From assembly GCA_963796455.1 (NCBI GenBank), contig CAWCLO010000001.1, positions 448,001 through 512,000 of the forward strand: a stretch of 64,000 bases of DNA, read 5' to 3'. The DNA is from Candidatus Sulfomarinibacteraceae bacterium (GTDB taxonomy: Bacteria > Acidobacteriota > Thermoanaerobaculia > Thermoanaerobaculales > Sulfomarinibacteraceae). The notes below the pieces were generated by a model. That model saw nothing but the letters and a program-made list of their open reading frames with translations. It had not been told where the DNA came from and searched no databases. Positions 40,237 to 50,055 of this stretch are shown here, in pieces. How positions within the stretch are numbered: the first letter of the stretch is position 1; every line of letters begins with the position of its first letter. Both the position numbers and the translations under genes were made by a program.

Positions 40237-40890
40237 TTATCCTGCAGTCGACTCCGGATCGGCCACCTCGCCGTCGCGAGTTCGCCGATTCCGATACAAG
40301 GATCCATCGACTGCGGCGGCCATCCGGACGACATCGAGGTCGCCACCGAGAAAATCAGCGATCCGCTGCGCTTCACCGGAGGGGTTCCCGACCACATCCG
40401 AATATTTCACATAGACCGCATCCAGGTTTTTTCGGAAACGGATCTGAAATTCCACCTTCTCGAGGTGGTTCTCATACATCCTCAGAAGTTCTCCGTCATC
40501 GGTGTGCGAGTCTTCACCCCTGCGTTCGAGCATTTTTGCTTGCGAGGCAAGAACCTCGTGCACGTTGCGTCGCATGAAGACGATTTTGTAATCGTTGTCT
40601 GCCGGAAGGTGATTGAGCAGGGACGACACGACCTTGATGACCCTGCCCCGGGCGCTTCGCAACCAGCTTGTATCAGTAGCCGTTGCCAGGTCCATCACCC
40701 TCTCGTCCTCGAAATAGCCCTTCGGATTGTCCTCGTCGGCCGTCCGGGCGTCGTCGACCACCAACTCCAGACCGCCCGCCTCGAGCATCTTCATCGCCAT
40801 CGAGGTCCCGGACCTCGGCAGCCCGGAAACGATGACCACCGGTCTTCCATATTTCAGGCGCCGGACAACTCTTGAAAGCGCACCCGTCAT
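40237..40890 (-). CDS. Sulfotransferase family protein
   Basis: IVSGLPRSGTS PAPS-binding motif; NPKGYFE. Confidence 0.85.
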   Translation of the reverse strand: MTGALSRVVRRLKYGRPVVIVSGLPRSGTSMAMKMLEAGGLELVVDDARTADEDNPKGYFEDERVMDLATATDTSWLRSARGRVIKVVSSLLNHLPADNDYKIVFMRRNVHEVLASQAKMLERRGEDSHTDDGELLRMYENHLEKVEFQIRFRKNLDAVYVKYSDVVGNPSGEAQRIADFLGGDLDVVRMAAAVDGSLYRNRRTRDGEVADPESTAG

Positions 40891-41081
40891 GCTCCACATC
40901 TCCCTGGTTTGGCGGTACGGAATTCTCAACACCACCATCGGCGTTCTCTGATGTCGGACGATCATCGATCGGGTCGGCCACCGGCCGCCGATCGGCGTTC
41001 TGGCTATACTACAATGCCGCGATCGGAGCCATCATTCCGGTCCACTCTTGCGGCACGATATGCGCACCAACAGGAGATTCT

Positions 41082-43229
41082 TTGCCACCAGATCGTTTCG
41101 AATCACGAGCGCAGTCATTGCGCCGCGCCACAACCCTTGCGGTGACGGCCTTTTTGCTCGTATGGCCGGTCAGCGCCGAGGCATATATCGGCCCCGGCGC
41201 GGGCTTTGCCGTGCTCGGATCCTTCGCCGTCTTGTTCGTCACGATGCTTCTCGCAGGAATTTCACTGCTCGCGTGGCCTTTCCGCATGTTGTGGCGAATG
41301 ATCCGGCGACGGAGTCGAAGCAAAGCTCTGGTCAGGCGCCTGATCGTCGTCGGCTTTGATGGCCAGGATCCACGCATCACCGAAGATCTGATGGCGCGTG
41401 GAAAGATGCCGAATTTCTCCAAGCTCGCGGAGACCGGCGGTTACAGCCGCCTGCGATCGACCTTCCCGTCGATCACACCGGTTGCCTGGTCCTCGTTCAC
41501 CACCGGCACCAATCCAGGAAAACACAACATCTTCGATTTTTTGGATCGCGACCCGCGAACCTATCTTCCGCGGCTGTCGTCGACCGAAATTTCGTCGCCA
41601 CACCGCGTTCTCAAACTGGGAAAGTTCCGCATCCCCCTTGCCAAACCCGGCATCCGGTTGCTGCGAAAATCGAAACCGTTCTGGACAATTCTCGGCGAAC
41701 ACAATATCTGGAGCACGGTGATCCGGGTTCCGATCACCTTCCCGCCAGACGTCTTCTACGGTGCTCAGCTCGGCGCGATGTGCATCCCGGATCTGCTCGG
41801 GACTCAAGGCACGTTTATGTTCTTTACGACCCGCACCGGCGTGGAAGCGTTTCAGGAGGGTGGGCTGAGATTCACTCTGAGCCCGAACGGCTCCGAAAAC
41901 TCCTTTTCGGGAACGATTGCGGGCCCTGAGAACAGCTTTCTCGAGGGCAACCCACCCATGACCCTCCCGCTCGCCATCGACGTCGATCGCGACGCCGACC
42001 GTGCACAGGTTTCGGTTGACGGCAAGAGCTTGGACCTCGAACCGATGGTGCTCAGCGATTGGGTCAAACTCGAGTTCTCGGCAATCGCCGGAATGAAGGT
42101 CACCGGGATCTGCCGCATGATGATCACCGAGATGGGCGAACACGTCTCGCTCTATCTCTCACCGATCAACATCGAGCCTGAAAAACCGGTGATGCCGATT
42201 TCGCATCCGGGCTACTACTGTTCCTATCTCGAGAAAAAACTGGGATCCTACGCCACCCTCGGGCTGGCCGAAGACACCTGGGCCCTCAACGAAAAAATCA
42301 CCGACGACAAGACATTCATGACGCAGACCACCGACATCGACCGGGAGCGCGAGACCATGTTCTTCACCGCTCTCGATAGGTTGCGAAAGGGAATGTTGGT
42401 CACGGTCTTCGACGCAACCGACCGCGTCAATCACATGTTTTGGCGCTACCGGGAAGACGGCCATCCGGCTGCTGCAGGAATCGAAGCGCCCGAGTACGGC
42501 GATGCCATCGAGCAGCAGTACATCCGGAACGACGAGATCGTAGGAAGGGTCATGCAGCGCCTCGGCGAAGGGGACGTCCTGTGGGTGATGTCCGACCACG
42601 GTTGCACCTCGTTTCGCCGCGGGGTCAACCTCAACGCGTGGTTCCTGGAGAACGGCTATCTCGCACTCAAAGAGGGTGTCGACGCTTCGCAACCGTGGCT
42701 GCAGTCGGTCGATTGGTCACGCACCCGGGCCTACGCCGTTGGTCTGGTCGGTGTGTTCCTCAACATCAAAGGTCGAGAAGCTCAGGGGATTGTCACCGCG
42801 GGCAAGGAGGCAGATGAACTCAAATCCGAGCTCAAACAGAAACTCGATGGCCTCGCCGACAACGAAACCGGCGACGTGGCCATCAACGAGGTCTTCGACA
42901 CCGATCTGCTCTATCGCGGCCCCTACAAGGGCAACGCGCCGGATCTTCTCGTCGGCTACAACCACGGTTATCGGATCTCCTGGGATTGTGCGAGCGGCGT
43001 TGCGGCCGGCCCATTGTTCGAAGACAACACGAAGGCATGGAGCGGTGATCACATCGTCGATCCGAGGCTTGTACCGGGGATCCTTCTCGCCAACCACAAG
43101 ATCGACCGGAAGGACCCGGCCATCATCGATCTCGCACCAACCGCGCTGAGTCTTTTCGGCCTCAAACCGGCTCCTCATATGGAGGGAAGCCCGGTGGTCG
43201 AGATGAGCCGCTTCGGCGGCAAAGGATAG
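41082..43229 (+). CDS. Alkaline phosphatase superfamily (nucleotide pyrophosphatase/phosphodiesterase-like) membrane-anchored protein
   Basis: VGFDGQD, TPVAWSSF.TG.NPGKH, SDHG and WSGDH; AYIGPGAG N-terminal TM segment; TTG after AGGAG. Confidence 0.85.
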   Translation: MPPDRFESRAQSLRRATTLAVTAFLLVWPVSAEAYIGPGAGFAVLGSFAVLFVTMLLAGISLLAWPFRMLWRMIRRRSRSKALVRRLIVVGFDGQDPRITEDLMARGKMPNFSKLAETGGYSRLRSTFPSITPVAWSSFTTGTNPGKHNIFDFLDRDPRTYLPRLSSTEISSPHRVLKLGKFRIPLAKPGIRLLRKSKPFWTILGEHNIWSTVIRVPITFPPDVFYGAQLGAMCIPDLLGTQGTFMFFTTRTGVEAFQEGGLRFTLSPNGSENSFSGTIAGPENSFLEGNPPMTLPLAIDVDRDADRAQVSVDGKSLDLEPMVLSDWVKLEFSAIAGMKVTGICRMMITEMGEHVSLYLSPINIEPEKPVMPISHPGYYCSYLEKKLGSYATLGLAEDTWALNEKITDDKTFMTQTTDIDRERETMFFTALDRLRKGMLVTVFDATDRVNHMFWRYREDGHPAAAGIEAPEYGDAIEQQYIRNDEIVGRVMQRLGEGDVLWVMSDHGCTSFRRGVNLNAWFLENGYLALKEGVDASQPWLQSVDWSRTRAYAVGLVGVFLNIKGREAQGIVTAGKEADELKSELKQKLDGLADNETGDVAINEVFDTDLLYRGPYKGNAPDLLVGYNHGYRISWDCASGVAAGPLFEDNTKAWSGDHIVDPRLVPGILLANHKIDRKDPAIIDLAPTALSLFGLKPAPHMEGSPVVEMSRFGGKG

Positions 43230-43238
43230 GGGGAAATC

Positions 43239-43433
43239 ATGTTTGCATACACCAAAGTCAAACTCGAAAAAAGCTTGATCGAGAGGGTGCGCCGTTTTTC
43301 TGATATCGCCGGCTACTCCTCGCCAGAGGAGTTCATCACCCACGCCTTGGAGAAGGAGCTTGCCCAACTCGAGGACGCCGACTCCGAGGAGGAGATCAAG
43401 AAACGTCTCCAGGGCCTCGGTTATATGTCGTGA
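43239..43433 (+). CDS. Small conserved protein (ribbon-helix-helix-like)
   Basis: 64 aa, AGYSSPEEFI..LEKE...RLQGLGY; in operon. Confidence 0.65.
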   Translation: MFAYTKVKLEKSLIERVRRFSDIAGYSSPEEFITHALEKELAQLEDADSEEEIKKRLQGLGYMS

Positions 43434-43452
43434 ACGAAGCACACTGACACCA

Positions 43453-44295
43453 ATGACCGTCTTGAATGATCTGCTGCGTCCGATATTCGATTGGCTGCAA
43501 CGCCCGCTCGAGGGTCTGCCGCCGATCGTCGGCGTCTTGATCTGGTCCATCCCGGTAGGTGTCTTCGCTCTCTGGGTATTTGGCAAGACATCGAATCAGG
43601 AGCGAATTGCACAGGTCAAGCGGCGCATCCACGCCGGGCTCTTCGAGATCCGGCTCTTCAACGACGACCTTGGCGCCATCATGAGGGCCCAGGGAGAGAT
43701 CCTGCGCCACGTTGTTCACTATCAGGCCCTGGCGCTCAAACCGATGATCTTCATCCTTCCGCCGCTGGTTCTGGTGATGGTTCAGCTGCACCAGTTTTAC
43801 GGATTTTCGGGGCTCCGTCCCGGTGATTCGACCCAACTGACGGTCGCACTCGATCAAGATGCCGTGAAACCGGGGCTCCGACCGGAGGTGAGCCTCGACC
43901 TCCCTCAGGGTCTGCGGGCCGAGACAGAGGCCATCTGGGCGCCGGCCCTGGCCGAATTCAGTTGGCGCCTGGCGGCCGACGAATCGGGAGAATATGACAT
44001 CCAGATCGTGATCGACGGCATCCCCTACTCCAAAAATTTGGCGGTGATCGACAAGGTCAAACGATTGTCGCCTGAAAGGCCGCCCCGAGGATTTGTGGAT
44101 CAGCTCGAGTGGCCCTCTGAAGCGCCGCTCGAAAACGAGGCCGCTGTGCGGTCGATCACCGTGGCATACCCCGAAGCGACGATGAATCTCCTGGTTTGGA
44201 GCTGGCAATGGAGCTTCGCCTGGATGGTGGCATTTTTTCTGCTGACGATGGTGGTGGCACTCTTGTTGCGAAAACCAATGGACGTCGAGCTCTGA
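43453..44295 (+). CDS. Hypothetical membrane protein
   Basis: Three TM segments; SNQ.RI...K...LFEIRLFNDD. Confidence 0.7.
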   Translation: MTVLNDLLRPIFDWLQRPLEGLPPIVGVLIWSIPVGVFALWVFGKTSNQERIAQVKRRIHAGLFEIRLFNDDLGAIMRAQGEILRHVVHYQALALKPMIFILPPLVLVMVQLHQFYGFSGLRPGDSTQLTVALDQDAVKPGLRPEVSLDLPQGLRAETEAIWAPALAEFSWRLAADESGEYDIQIVIDGIPYSKNLAVIDKVKRLSPERPPRGFVDQLEWPSEAPLENEAAVRSITVAYPEATMNLLVWSWQWSFAWMVAFFLLTMVVALLLRKPMDVEL

Positions 44296-44308
44296 TCGGA
44301 TTCAGGAG

Positions 44309-45226
44309 ATGAAGGATAGATCCACGATTCTTGGCGCGGCGCTGATCTGCCTCTCGGCGGCCCTGTGGGGCCTCGATGGCGTCGTCCTCACCCCGAGGCT
44401 CGCCAACCTGCCGGTGGCCTTTGTCGTCTTCCTCCTGCACGTCGTGCCCTTTGTCTTGATGCAGCCCTTCCTCCATCGGAGCTACGGACGCCTGCGCCAG
44501 ATGGATGCCCGCGGCTGGTCGGCCCTCGCCCTGGTGTCGTTGACGGGCGGGCTGATCGGCACCCTCGCCATCGTCAAAGCACTTTTCCTCGTTGATTTCA
44601 ATCAACTCAGCGTCGTCGTTTTGTTGCAGAAGTTGCAGCCGGTGTTTGCCATCGTTCTTGCGGCCATCCTGCTCAAGGAACGCATCAGCTTTCGCTTTCT
44701 GGCCTCGGCGGTGGTCGCCATCATCGGTGCCTATCTCCTCACTTTTGGCTTCACGGCGCCGGATGGCGCGGCCGATGCGATCACGCTCCGGGCGGCCTTT
44801 TGGGCGGTGGTGGCCGCCGCTGCCTTCGGCTCGGCAACCGTACTCGGGAAATGGCTCCTGGGTTCGCTGGATTTCAAAGACGCGACGTTTGCCCGCTATG
44901 GAATGACTTCGTTCATGGCGCTTGGCGTGCTCGTGGTCGGCGGTTTCGGCCTCCCCTTCAACATGATCACGAACACCAACTGGATCGTGATCCTGATCAT
45001 CTCGCTGACTACCGGCAGTGGGGCCATCTTCCTTTATTACTACGGTCTCACCCGGGTCCGGGCCAGTGTCGCCACGATCTGCGAGCTCTGTCTTCCGCTG
45101 AGCGCGGTCCTTTTCGACTACCTCGTCAACGGCTCGGTTCTCGGCCCCTGGCAGTGGGCTGGTGCGGCGCTTCTTGTCGGGGCGATCCTGCACATCACCA
45201 CCCGCGTCGAGTCCGACCCAACCTGA
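44309..45226 (+). CDS. EamA/DMT family transporter
   Basis: About 10 TM segments, LQKLQPVFA, duplicated halves. Confidence 0.88.
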   Translation: MKDRSTILGAALICLSAALWGLDGVVLTPRLANLPVAFVVFLLHVVPFVLMQPFLHRSYGRLRQMDARGWSALALVSLTGGLIGTLAIVKALFLVDFNQLSVVVLLQKLQPVFAIVLAAILLKERISFRFLASAVVAIIGAYLLTFGFTAPDGAADAITLRAAFWAVVAAAAFGSATVLGKWLLGSLDFKDATFARYGMTSFMALGVLVVGGFGLPFNMITNTNWIVILIISLTTGSGAIFLYYYGLTRVRASVATICELCLPLSAVLFDYLVNGSVLGPWQWAGAALLVGAILHITTRVESDPT

Positions 45227-45278
45227 AGCAAAACTCTCGAGACCCGAACTCCGAAATTCCTCATTCCTGATTTCCAAT

Positions 45279-45730
45279 ATCTGTCGTCAAAGGCGGAGTC
45301 TCGGACATCGTTCAGGGACAGCGACGGGGATCGGCAGACAGCGACAGCGAACAGGAGTCAGTGGCAGCATTCAGTCATCACAGGCTGTCTTCGGCGACAG
45401 CGTTCAGGCTGGCTGTTCTGGAGATCTGAAATCATGACTTTGGGTTGACTACCCCTTCTGTTGAACGACCCGGAGGTGGCCACATCGTCGCCTGTACTCC
45501 TGACCGCTGCCCTGAACACTGATCGCTGTTCTCTGTCGCTGTCCCTGTTCGCTGTTGCCTGTCGCTGACGCTGGACACTGTCGCTGACGCTGCAATTCGG
45601 GCACGGGCATGGACGCGGACGCGGACGCGGGCGCGGGGCAATCGCCACCCGGATATCCGAAAAACCAACCCGTAAACCACGTGTTGTCAGGTGGGCAACT
45701 TCAATTGACGATTTGTTCTGGACAGCAGTG
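45279..45730 (-). mobile_element. Deleted copy of the CACT-TIR element retaining only the last codons (NPKS-stop) of the four-helix gene
   Basis: TCATGACTTTGGGTTGA joined to CTACCCCTTCTGTTGAACGACCCGG; right end TGTTCTGGACAGCAGTG then AT; flanked by ATTCCT[C/G/T] heptamers; left end degenerate. Confidence 0.8.
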
Positions 45731-45742
45731 ATTCCTTATTCC

Positions 45743-46711
45743 TCATCTAAAAGACCCCGGTTTTTGTGGAAACATCCTGGGGAGATCCGCCTCGACGCCG
45801 TAGTGCATCAGCGCGGTGACGCATTTCAGTGTCACCCAGCGCGAGGGGCCGATAGCTCGACAGGTGGAATCACCCGGCAGTGTGGCTGGTACAGGTACCC
45901 GACGGCGCCATCGGGCACCCACGATCTGGCGGTGCTGCAGCCTCGCCAGCGCCGCGGTCATCGACGGAAGGAGGGGCGCTTGAATCTGAGCCAGCACATT
46001 GAGGATCTCGGCAAAATCGGTACGACCGAGACATGGATGTCCCAGCCGCGCCAAGGCGCCCCTCGGAGGATCCAGCGTCCGGTCGATGCTCGCCAGGGCG
46101 CGCTCAAATAACCGGGCCCGTCGTTTTTCACCACAGGACTCGATCGCGCCGAGGACGGCAACCGCGGTCACCGGACACTCTTCATCCTTCCGACCCGCAG
46201 CCCGCCATCCACCTCGGTTCGCAGGTGGTGCGCCTTCCTCGAGCCAGGCCAAAGCCTCCTGGAACCTGGGGTGATGGCACCAACCAAGCCCGGCGAGCGC
46301 TTGTAACGCACGTGCGGTCAACAGAGGATCGGCCCGAACACCCTCAATTCGAGGAAAACCGCTCACATCTCGACCGTGTTCCAGCAGGCGCTCCGCCGCC
46401 GCCTGAAGCCGCGGATCGGTGGGATCAGCGCCCCACTGAACCGCCGCCACCAGCCGCCAGCCGAGACCGGAGTAGGTCTTCCAGACCGCCAACTGAGCGA
46501 TTTCTTCTCCGCCAAAACCAAAATCCGCAATCAGGGAGGCGACCGGTTCCACCGCGTTGGCTCCCCCACGCGCGCGGGCGACCGCCGGCGAGGACGAAGG
46601 GCGGTGAAAGAGATCTGTCAACACCTTCCACTGCAGGTTGGGGTGGTTTTCGTCAAGGAGCCACGGCAGCGGATCGCCGCGCAGGCATTCCCACGCCTCG
46701 GATCGCGTCAA
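45743..46711 (-). CDS. Hypothetical alpha-helical protein (prenyltransferase/squalene-oxidase-repeat-like)
   Basis: 322 aa; DPLPWLL...PSRWVTL pattern; ATGA-type overlap with the upstream gene. Confidence 0.6.
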   Translation of the reverse strand: MTRSEAWECLRGDPLPWLLDENHPNLQWKVLTDLFHRPSSSPAVARARGGANAVEPVASLIADFGFGGEEIAQLAVWKTYSGLGWRLVAAVQWGADPTDPRLQAAAERLLEHGRDVSGFPRIEGVRADPLLTARALQALAGLGWCHHPRFQEALAWLEEGAPPANRGGWRAAGRKDEECPVTAVAVLGAIESCGEKRRARLFERALASIDRTLDPPRGALARLGHPCLGRTDFAEILNVLAQIQAPLLPSMTAALARLQHRQIVGARWRRRVPVPATLPGDSTCRAIGPSRWVTLKCVTALMHYGVEADLPRMFPQKPGSFR

Positions 46712-46986
46712 ATCCGTCCCGCCCGGCGGAGAGACATTGTATGACGAAGCAAACGCGTAGCGCCTTCGATTCTTGAAATCCGGCGGTTTCTGGCCTGGAG
46801 GGCCGGCTGGTCTTCCAGATCAACCGCTGAAGCTCGAGTCTCGCGCAGCCGCTTGTCGAGTTCAAATTCAAGTTTGACCATCTGATCCAAACTCATCCGT
46901 TTGAGGGAGACCTGGTTGAGCAAGGTGTACCCGTCGCAGACCTGTTTCGCCATCGCCGGCGCCGATCCGCCCTGATATGTCCCCAT
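46708..46986 (-). CDS. Small hypothetical protein
   Basis: 92 aa; GGGAGG RBS before ATG; coiled C-terminus. Confidence 0.65.
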   Translation of the reverse strand: MGTYQGGSAPAMAKQVCDGYTLLNQVSLKRMSLDQMVKLEFELDKRLRETRASAVDLEDQPALQARNRRISRIEGATRLLRHTMSLRRAGRI

Positions 46987-47034
46987 CGTGACCTCCCATA
47001 CGGTCCGCACAGTGTAACCCGGCACCGATCACTC

Positions 47035-47190
47035 GATTTCGGATTTTGGATTTTGGATTTCCGGTCCTTAAGATCCCACCAACCCATTTTTGGAGAAACC
47101 GCAGGTCACGCAGATGAGCGCAGATAGACCAACCGTTGTGGTGTAGGGGTCTCGCCTGCACACCGTGCGGCCGAGACGGCCGCACCACAA
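47035..47190. repeat. Cluster of repeat types: (GATTTTG)n, a CGCAGAT array and a REP-like palindrome TTGTGGTG...CACCACAA
   Basis: 47035-47062, 47096-47125 and 47136-47190, with internal hairpin GTGCGGCCG-AGA-CGGCCGCAC. Confidence 0.7.
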
Positions 47191-47214
47191 AGGCCGGAGC
47201 CCGAAGAAGTGAAT

Positions 47215-47330
47215 GCTGTTCGCTGTCCCGGCCGCTGATCACTGACGCTGATGACTGATTGCTGCCGCTGACTCCTGATCTCTGTCGCTGTCCCCGAACG
47301 CTGTCCGAGACATTGTCTTGAACAAGAGTG
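47215..47330 (+). mobile_element. Solo arm of the CACT-TIR element
   Basis: Reverse complement CACTCTTGTTCAAGACAATGTCTCGGACAGCGTTCGGGGACAGCGAC matches the arm at 62891; followed by AT. Confidence 0.7.
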
Positions 47331-47338
47331 ATCGAGCG

Positions 47339-48475
47339 TCAGGGATTCAACGGACGCAATGCTCCATCCCTGAACTCGAGAACTTCGGATGCGCGGTAGG
47401 CGAGCTCCAGATCGGGGGTGATCCAGATCGCGGTCCTGCCGAGTGATGCGCGAACCACCGCCGCCCGCCAGTTTTCCCGATGAACGGCATTCACCCACGG
47501 CACCGGGTCGACCACCACCATCACGTGGTACTGGGACGGGATCACGCGGGCAACCAGCACCAACATCCGGTGGAATGAAGACATTGGGGCTCCATCTCCG
47601 GCAATCATTTGCTCTCCAAGGGCATCGGCGACTTCTGCCAGCGAGCACGCCTCATAAAGGGCAACCCGGGTCGAGCGATCGAGGGGCTCCGTACACAGGC
47701 TACCGAGATTGACCGCCAAATCTCCCTCCAAGAAGGGCTCACCCGGGGCAACCATGGCAACGAGCCGCGAGCCGTCGTCCATTGGTGCTCCATCAATGAT
47801 GATCTCACCGGAACGCGGCCGAACCCGGCCTGAAATTCCCGCCGCAAGCGCCTCGGAATCATCCGGATCGTCGCACAAGATGGCCACCGACTGGCCTGGT
47901 CGGAGCTCGAGGTCGATCGGCACCGTTCGCGGCAGCCCGTCCGCTCCGGAAAAAACGACGCTCTCGAGGCTCAGCGTGCCGCGAAGCTCGCGCAAGGGTG
48001 GAGCCGGAGCGATTTCAGTCGACAACGCTTCGACCCGTCCGCCCACCATCCTCCGCACAGCCATGAGGAGCACGCCCGGCGCCAGCCACCCACCGGATGA
48101 CGCCTCCACAAGCTTCGGTGCAAAAACGAAGACGAGACCCCAACCACCGATTGCCAGGAAGTCGGCCGCATCCGGTCCCCGCTTCGCAGGTCGGGGCACC
48201 GCCCACCTCATTGCTCCCGTGAGAGCGGCCAACAGGAACCAGCCCGCAGCCACTTCCCAACCTCCCGAGATTGCCAGATACGTCAGAGCCGACAGCGCCA
48301 CAGCAGCGCTCGACCAAGGTTCAACCGTCCGGTCGCGGCTGACGAAACCCTGCAGAACAATAATCACCACCACCACGAGCGGGGCCCAGGACGGCCACCA
48401 GACGGCGATCCATACCAACGACGCCCAGAGGGCGGCGTGGAGCCAGCCCACGGCTACTTTTTCCGGAGTTCCCAC
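47339..48475 (-). CDS. Membrane protein with a degenerate ABC-ATPase-like C-terminal domain
   Basis: N-terminal TM helices; LELRPGQSVAI, GRVRPRSGEIIIDG and VLEFRDG; Walker A not intact. Confidence 0.6.
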   Translation of the reverse strand: MGTPEKVAVGWLHAALWASLVWIAVWWPSWAPLVVVVIIVLQGFVSRDRTVEPWSSAAVALSALTYLAISGGWEVAAGWFLLAALTGAMRWAVPRPAKRGPDAADFLAIGGWGLVFVFAPKLVEASSGGWLAPGVLLMAVRRMVGGRVEALSTEIAPAPPLRELRGTLSLESVVFSGADGLPRTVPIDLELRPGQSVAILCDDPDDSEALAAGISGRVRPRSGEIIIDGAPMDDGSRLVAMVAPGEPFLEGDLAVNLGSLCTEPLDRSTRVALYEACSLAEVADALGEQMIAGDGAPMSSFHRMLVLVARVIPSQYHVMVVVDPVPWVNAVHRENWRAAVVRASLGRTAIWITPDLELAYRASEVLEFRDGALRPLNP

Positions 48476-48661
48476 CTGATGATCATAGTCGCAATTTTTG
48501 AATGTGGCTTCGGTTCGAGCCGCCACAGCCCTCCAAAGCAGCGTTTGTTGCGATGGCCCCGATTCCCGACCGCGTTTCCGATAGCGATCAAAAGCGATGC
48601 CTCTGGCGCGATAACCGAGCAATTCTCCAGGTCCTTCTGCAAGCCAGGTATGATGGCCCAC

Positions 48662-49843
48662 ATGCATGAACTCGACGGTCTGGATCTGTTCCGTTTCGAC
48701 GATGAACTGAGCGACGAGGAACGCATGGTGCGCAACACCGTGCGCGAGTGGGTGGACGACCGTATTCTGCCCCATATCGAGGAGTGGGCATGGGACTGCC
48801 GCTTTCCGCGAGAGCTGGTGGCGGAACTCGGTGCCCTCGATCTCCTGGGAGCCCCGTACAGCGAATTCGATCTGCCGGGGGTCAACAGTGTGACCTATGG
48901 GCTGATCAACCGTGAGCTCGAGCGGGGGGACTCCGGTCTCCGTTCCTTTGTCTCAGTGCAGACCTCACTTGTCATGTTTCCGATCCTCGAATGGGGCAGT
49001 GACGCCCAGAAAGAAACCTGGATCCCTGCCCTCGGACGCGGAGAAGCGATCGGTTGTTTTGGCCTCACCGAGCCTGATTTCGGCTCCAATCCCGGAGGCA
49101 TGCGGACGCGAGCTCAACGGGACGGGGATGACTGGATCCTCAACGGTGAAAAGGCGTGGATCACCAATGGTTCAATTGCCGACGTGGCGGTGGTGTGGGC
49201 ACGCACGGATGATGGTGTTCGCGGCTTTCTGGTGGATACGAAGACTCCCGGCTTTTCCACCTTCGAACACAAAGGAAAATACTCGCTGCGCGCATCGGTC
49301 ACATCGCAACTCGCTCTTTCCGACTGCCGGGTACCATTCGATGCCATCCTCCCCGGCACGAGCGGGCTCAAGGATCCCCTCTTGTGCCTCAATCAAGCGC
49401 GCTTCGGCATCGCATGGGGAGCTCTCGGCTCCGCGTTGGCGACCTTCTCGGCCGCTCTCGACTACGCCAAGAGCCGTATCCAGTTCGGCGGGCAACCCAT
49501 CGCGGCTCATCAGATCCAGCAGCAGAAGCTGGTCTGGATGTACTCGGAGATCGTCAAGGGTCACCTGCTCGCCCTCCAACTCGGGCGCCTCAAGGACAGC
49601 GGACGGCTGCGGCACGAAGCTGTCTCCCTCGCCAAGCGGAACAACGTCTGGGTGGGGCGGGAGTGCGCGAAGCTGGCGCGAGAGATTCACGGCGCCAACG
49701 GAATCGTCAACGAATATCCGATCATGCGCCATCTGATGAACATGGAAACGGTCTACACCTACGAAGGGACCCACGACATCCACACCCTCGTTCTCGGGCA
49801 GTACCTGACCGGAATCCCAGCCTTCGATCCGCCACGCGGATAG
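48662..49843 (+). CDS. gcdH: Acyl-CoA dehydrogenase, glutaryl-CoA dehydrogenase-like
   Basis: ERGDSGLRS, FGLTEPDFGS, KAWITN and TYEGTHDIH. Confidence 0.85.
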   Translation: MHELDGLDLFRFDDELSDEERMVRNTVREWVDDRILPHIEEWAWDCRFPRELVAELGALDLLGAPYSEFDLPGVNSVTYGLINRELERGDSGLRSFVSVQTSLVMFPILEWGSDAQKETWIPALGRGEAIGCFGLTEPDFGSNPGGMRTRAQRDGDDWILNGEKAWITNGSIADVAVVWARTDDGVRGFLVDTKTPGFSTFEHKGKYSLRASVTSQLALSDCRVPFDAILPGTSGLKDPLLCLNQARFGIAWGALGSALATFSAALDYAKSRIQFGGQPIAAHQIQQQKLVWMYSEIVKGHLLALQLGRLKDSGRLRHEAVSLAKRNNVWVGRECAKLAREIHGANGIVNEYPIMRHLMNMETVYTYEGTHDIHTLVLGQYLTGIPAFDPPRG

Positions 49844-49985
49844 TTTTACATTCGCGTGACAAATATCACTCGGACAGCATAACTTTTTCGGCCTTTCTCC
49901 GTATAGCTGAGGGACACGGGCACAAGGAGAAGGCCCGATTTCGGAGCATTAATGTTCCTCACGACCTCTATCCAACTCCTCCTTC

Positions 49986-50015
49986 AGGCTCCTCCCCCGG
50001 GAGCCTATTTTTTTT
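49986..50015 (+). terminator. Intrinsic terminator
   Basis: AGGCTCC-loop-GGAGCCT followed by A and T8. Confidence 0.8.
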
Positions 50016-50055
50016 GTCCTGAGGCGGCGGATTCAACGCCTGTTATTCTCTGTTG

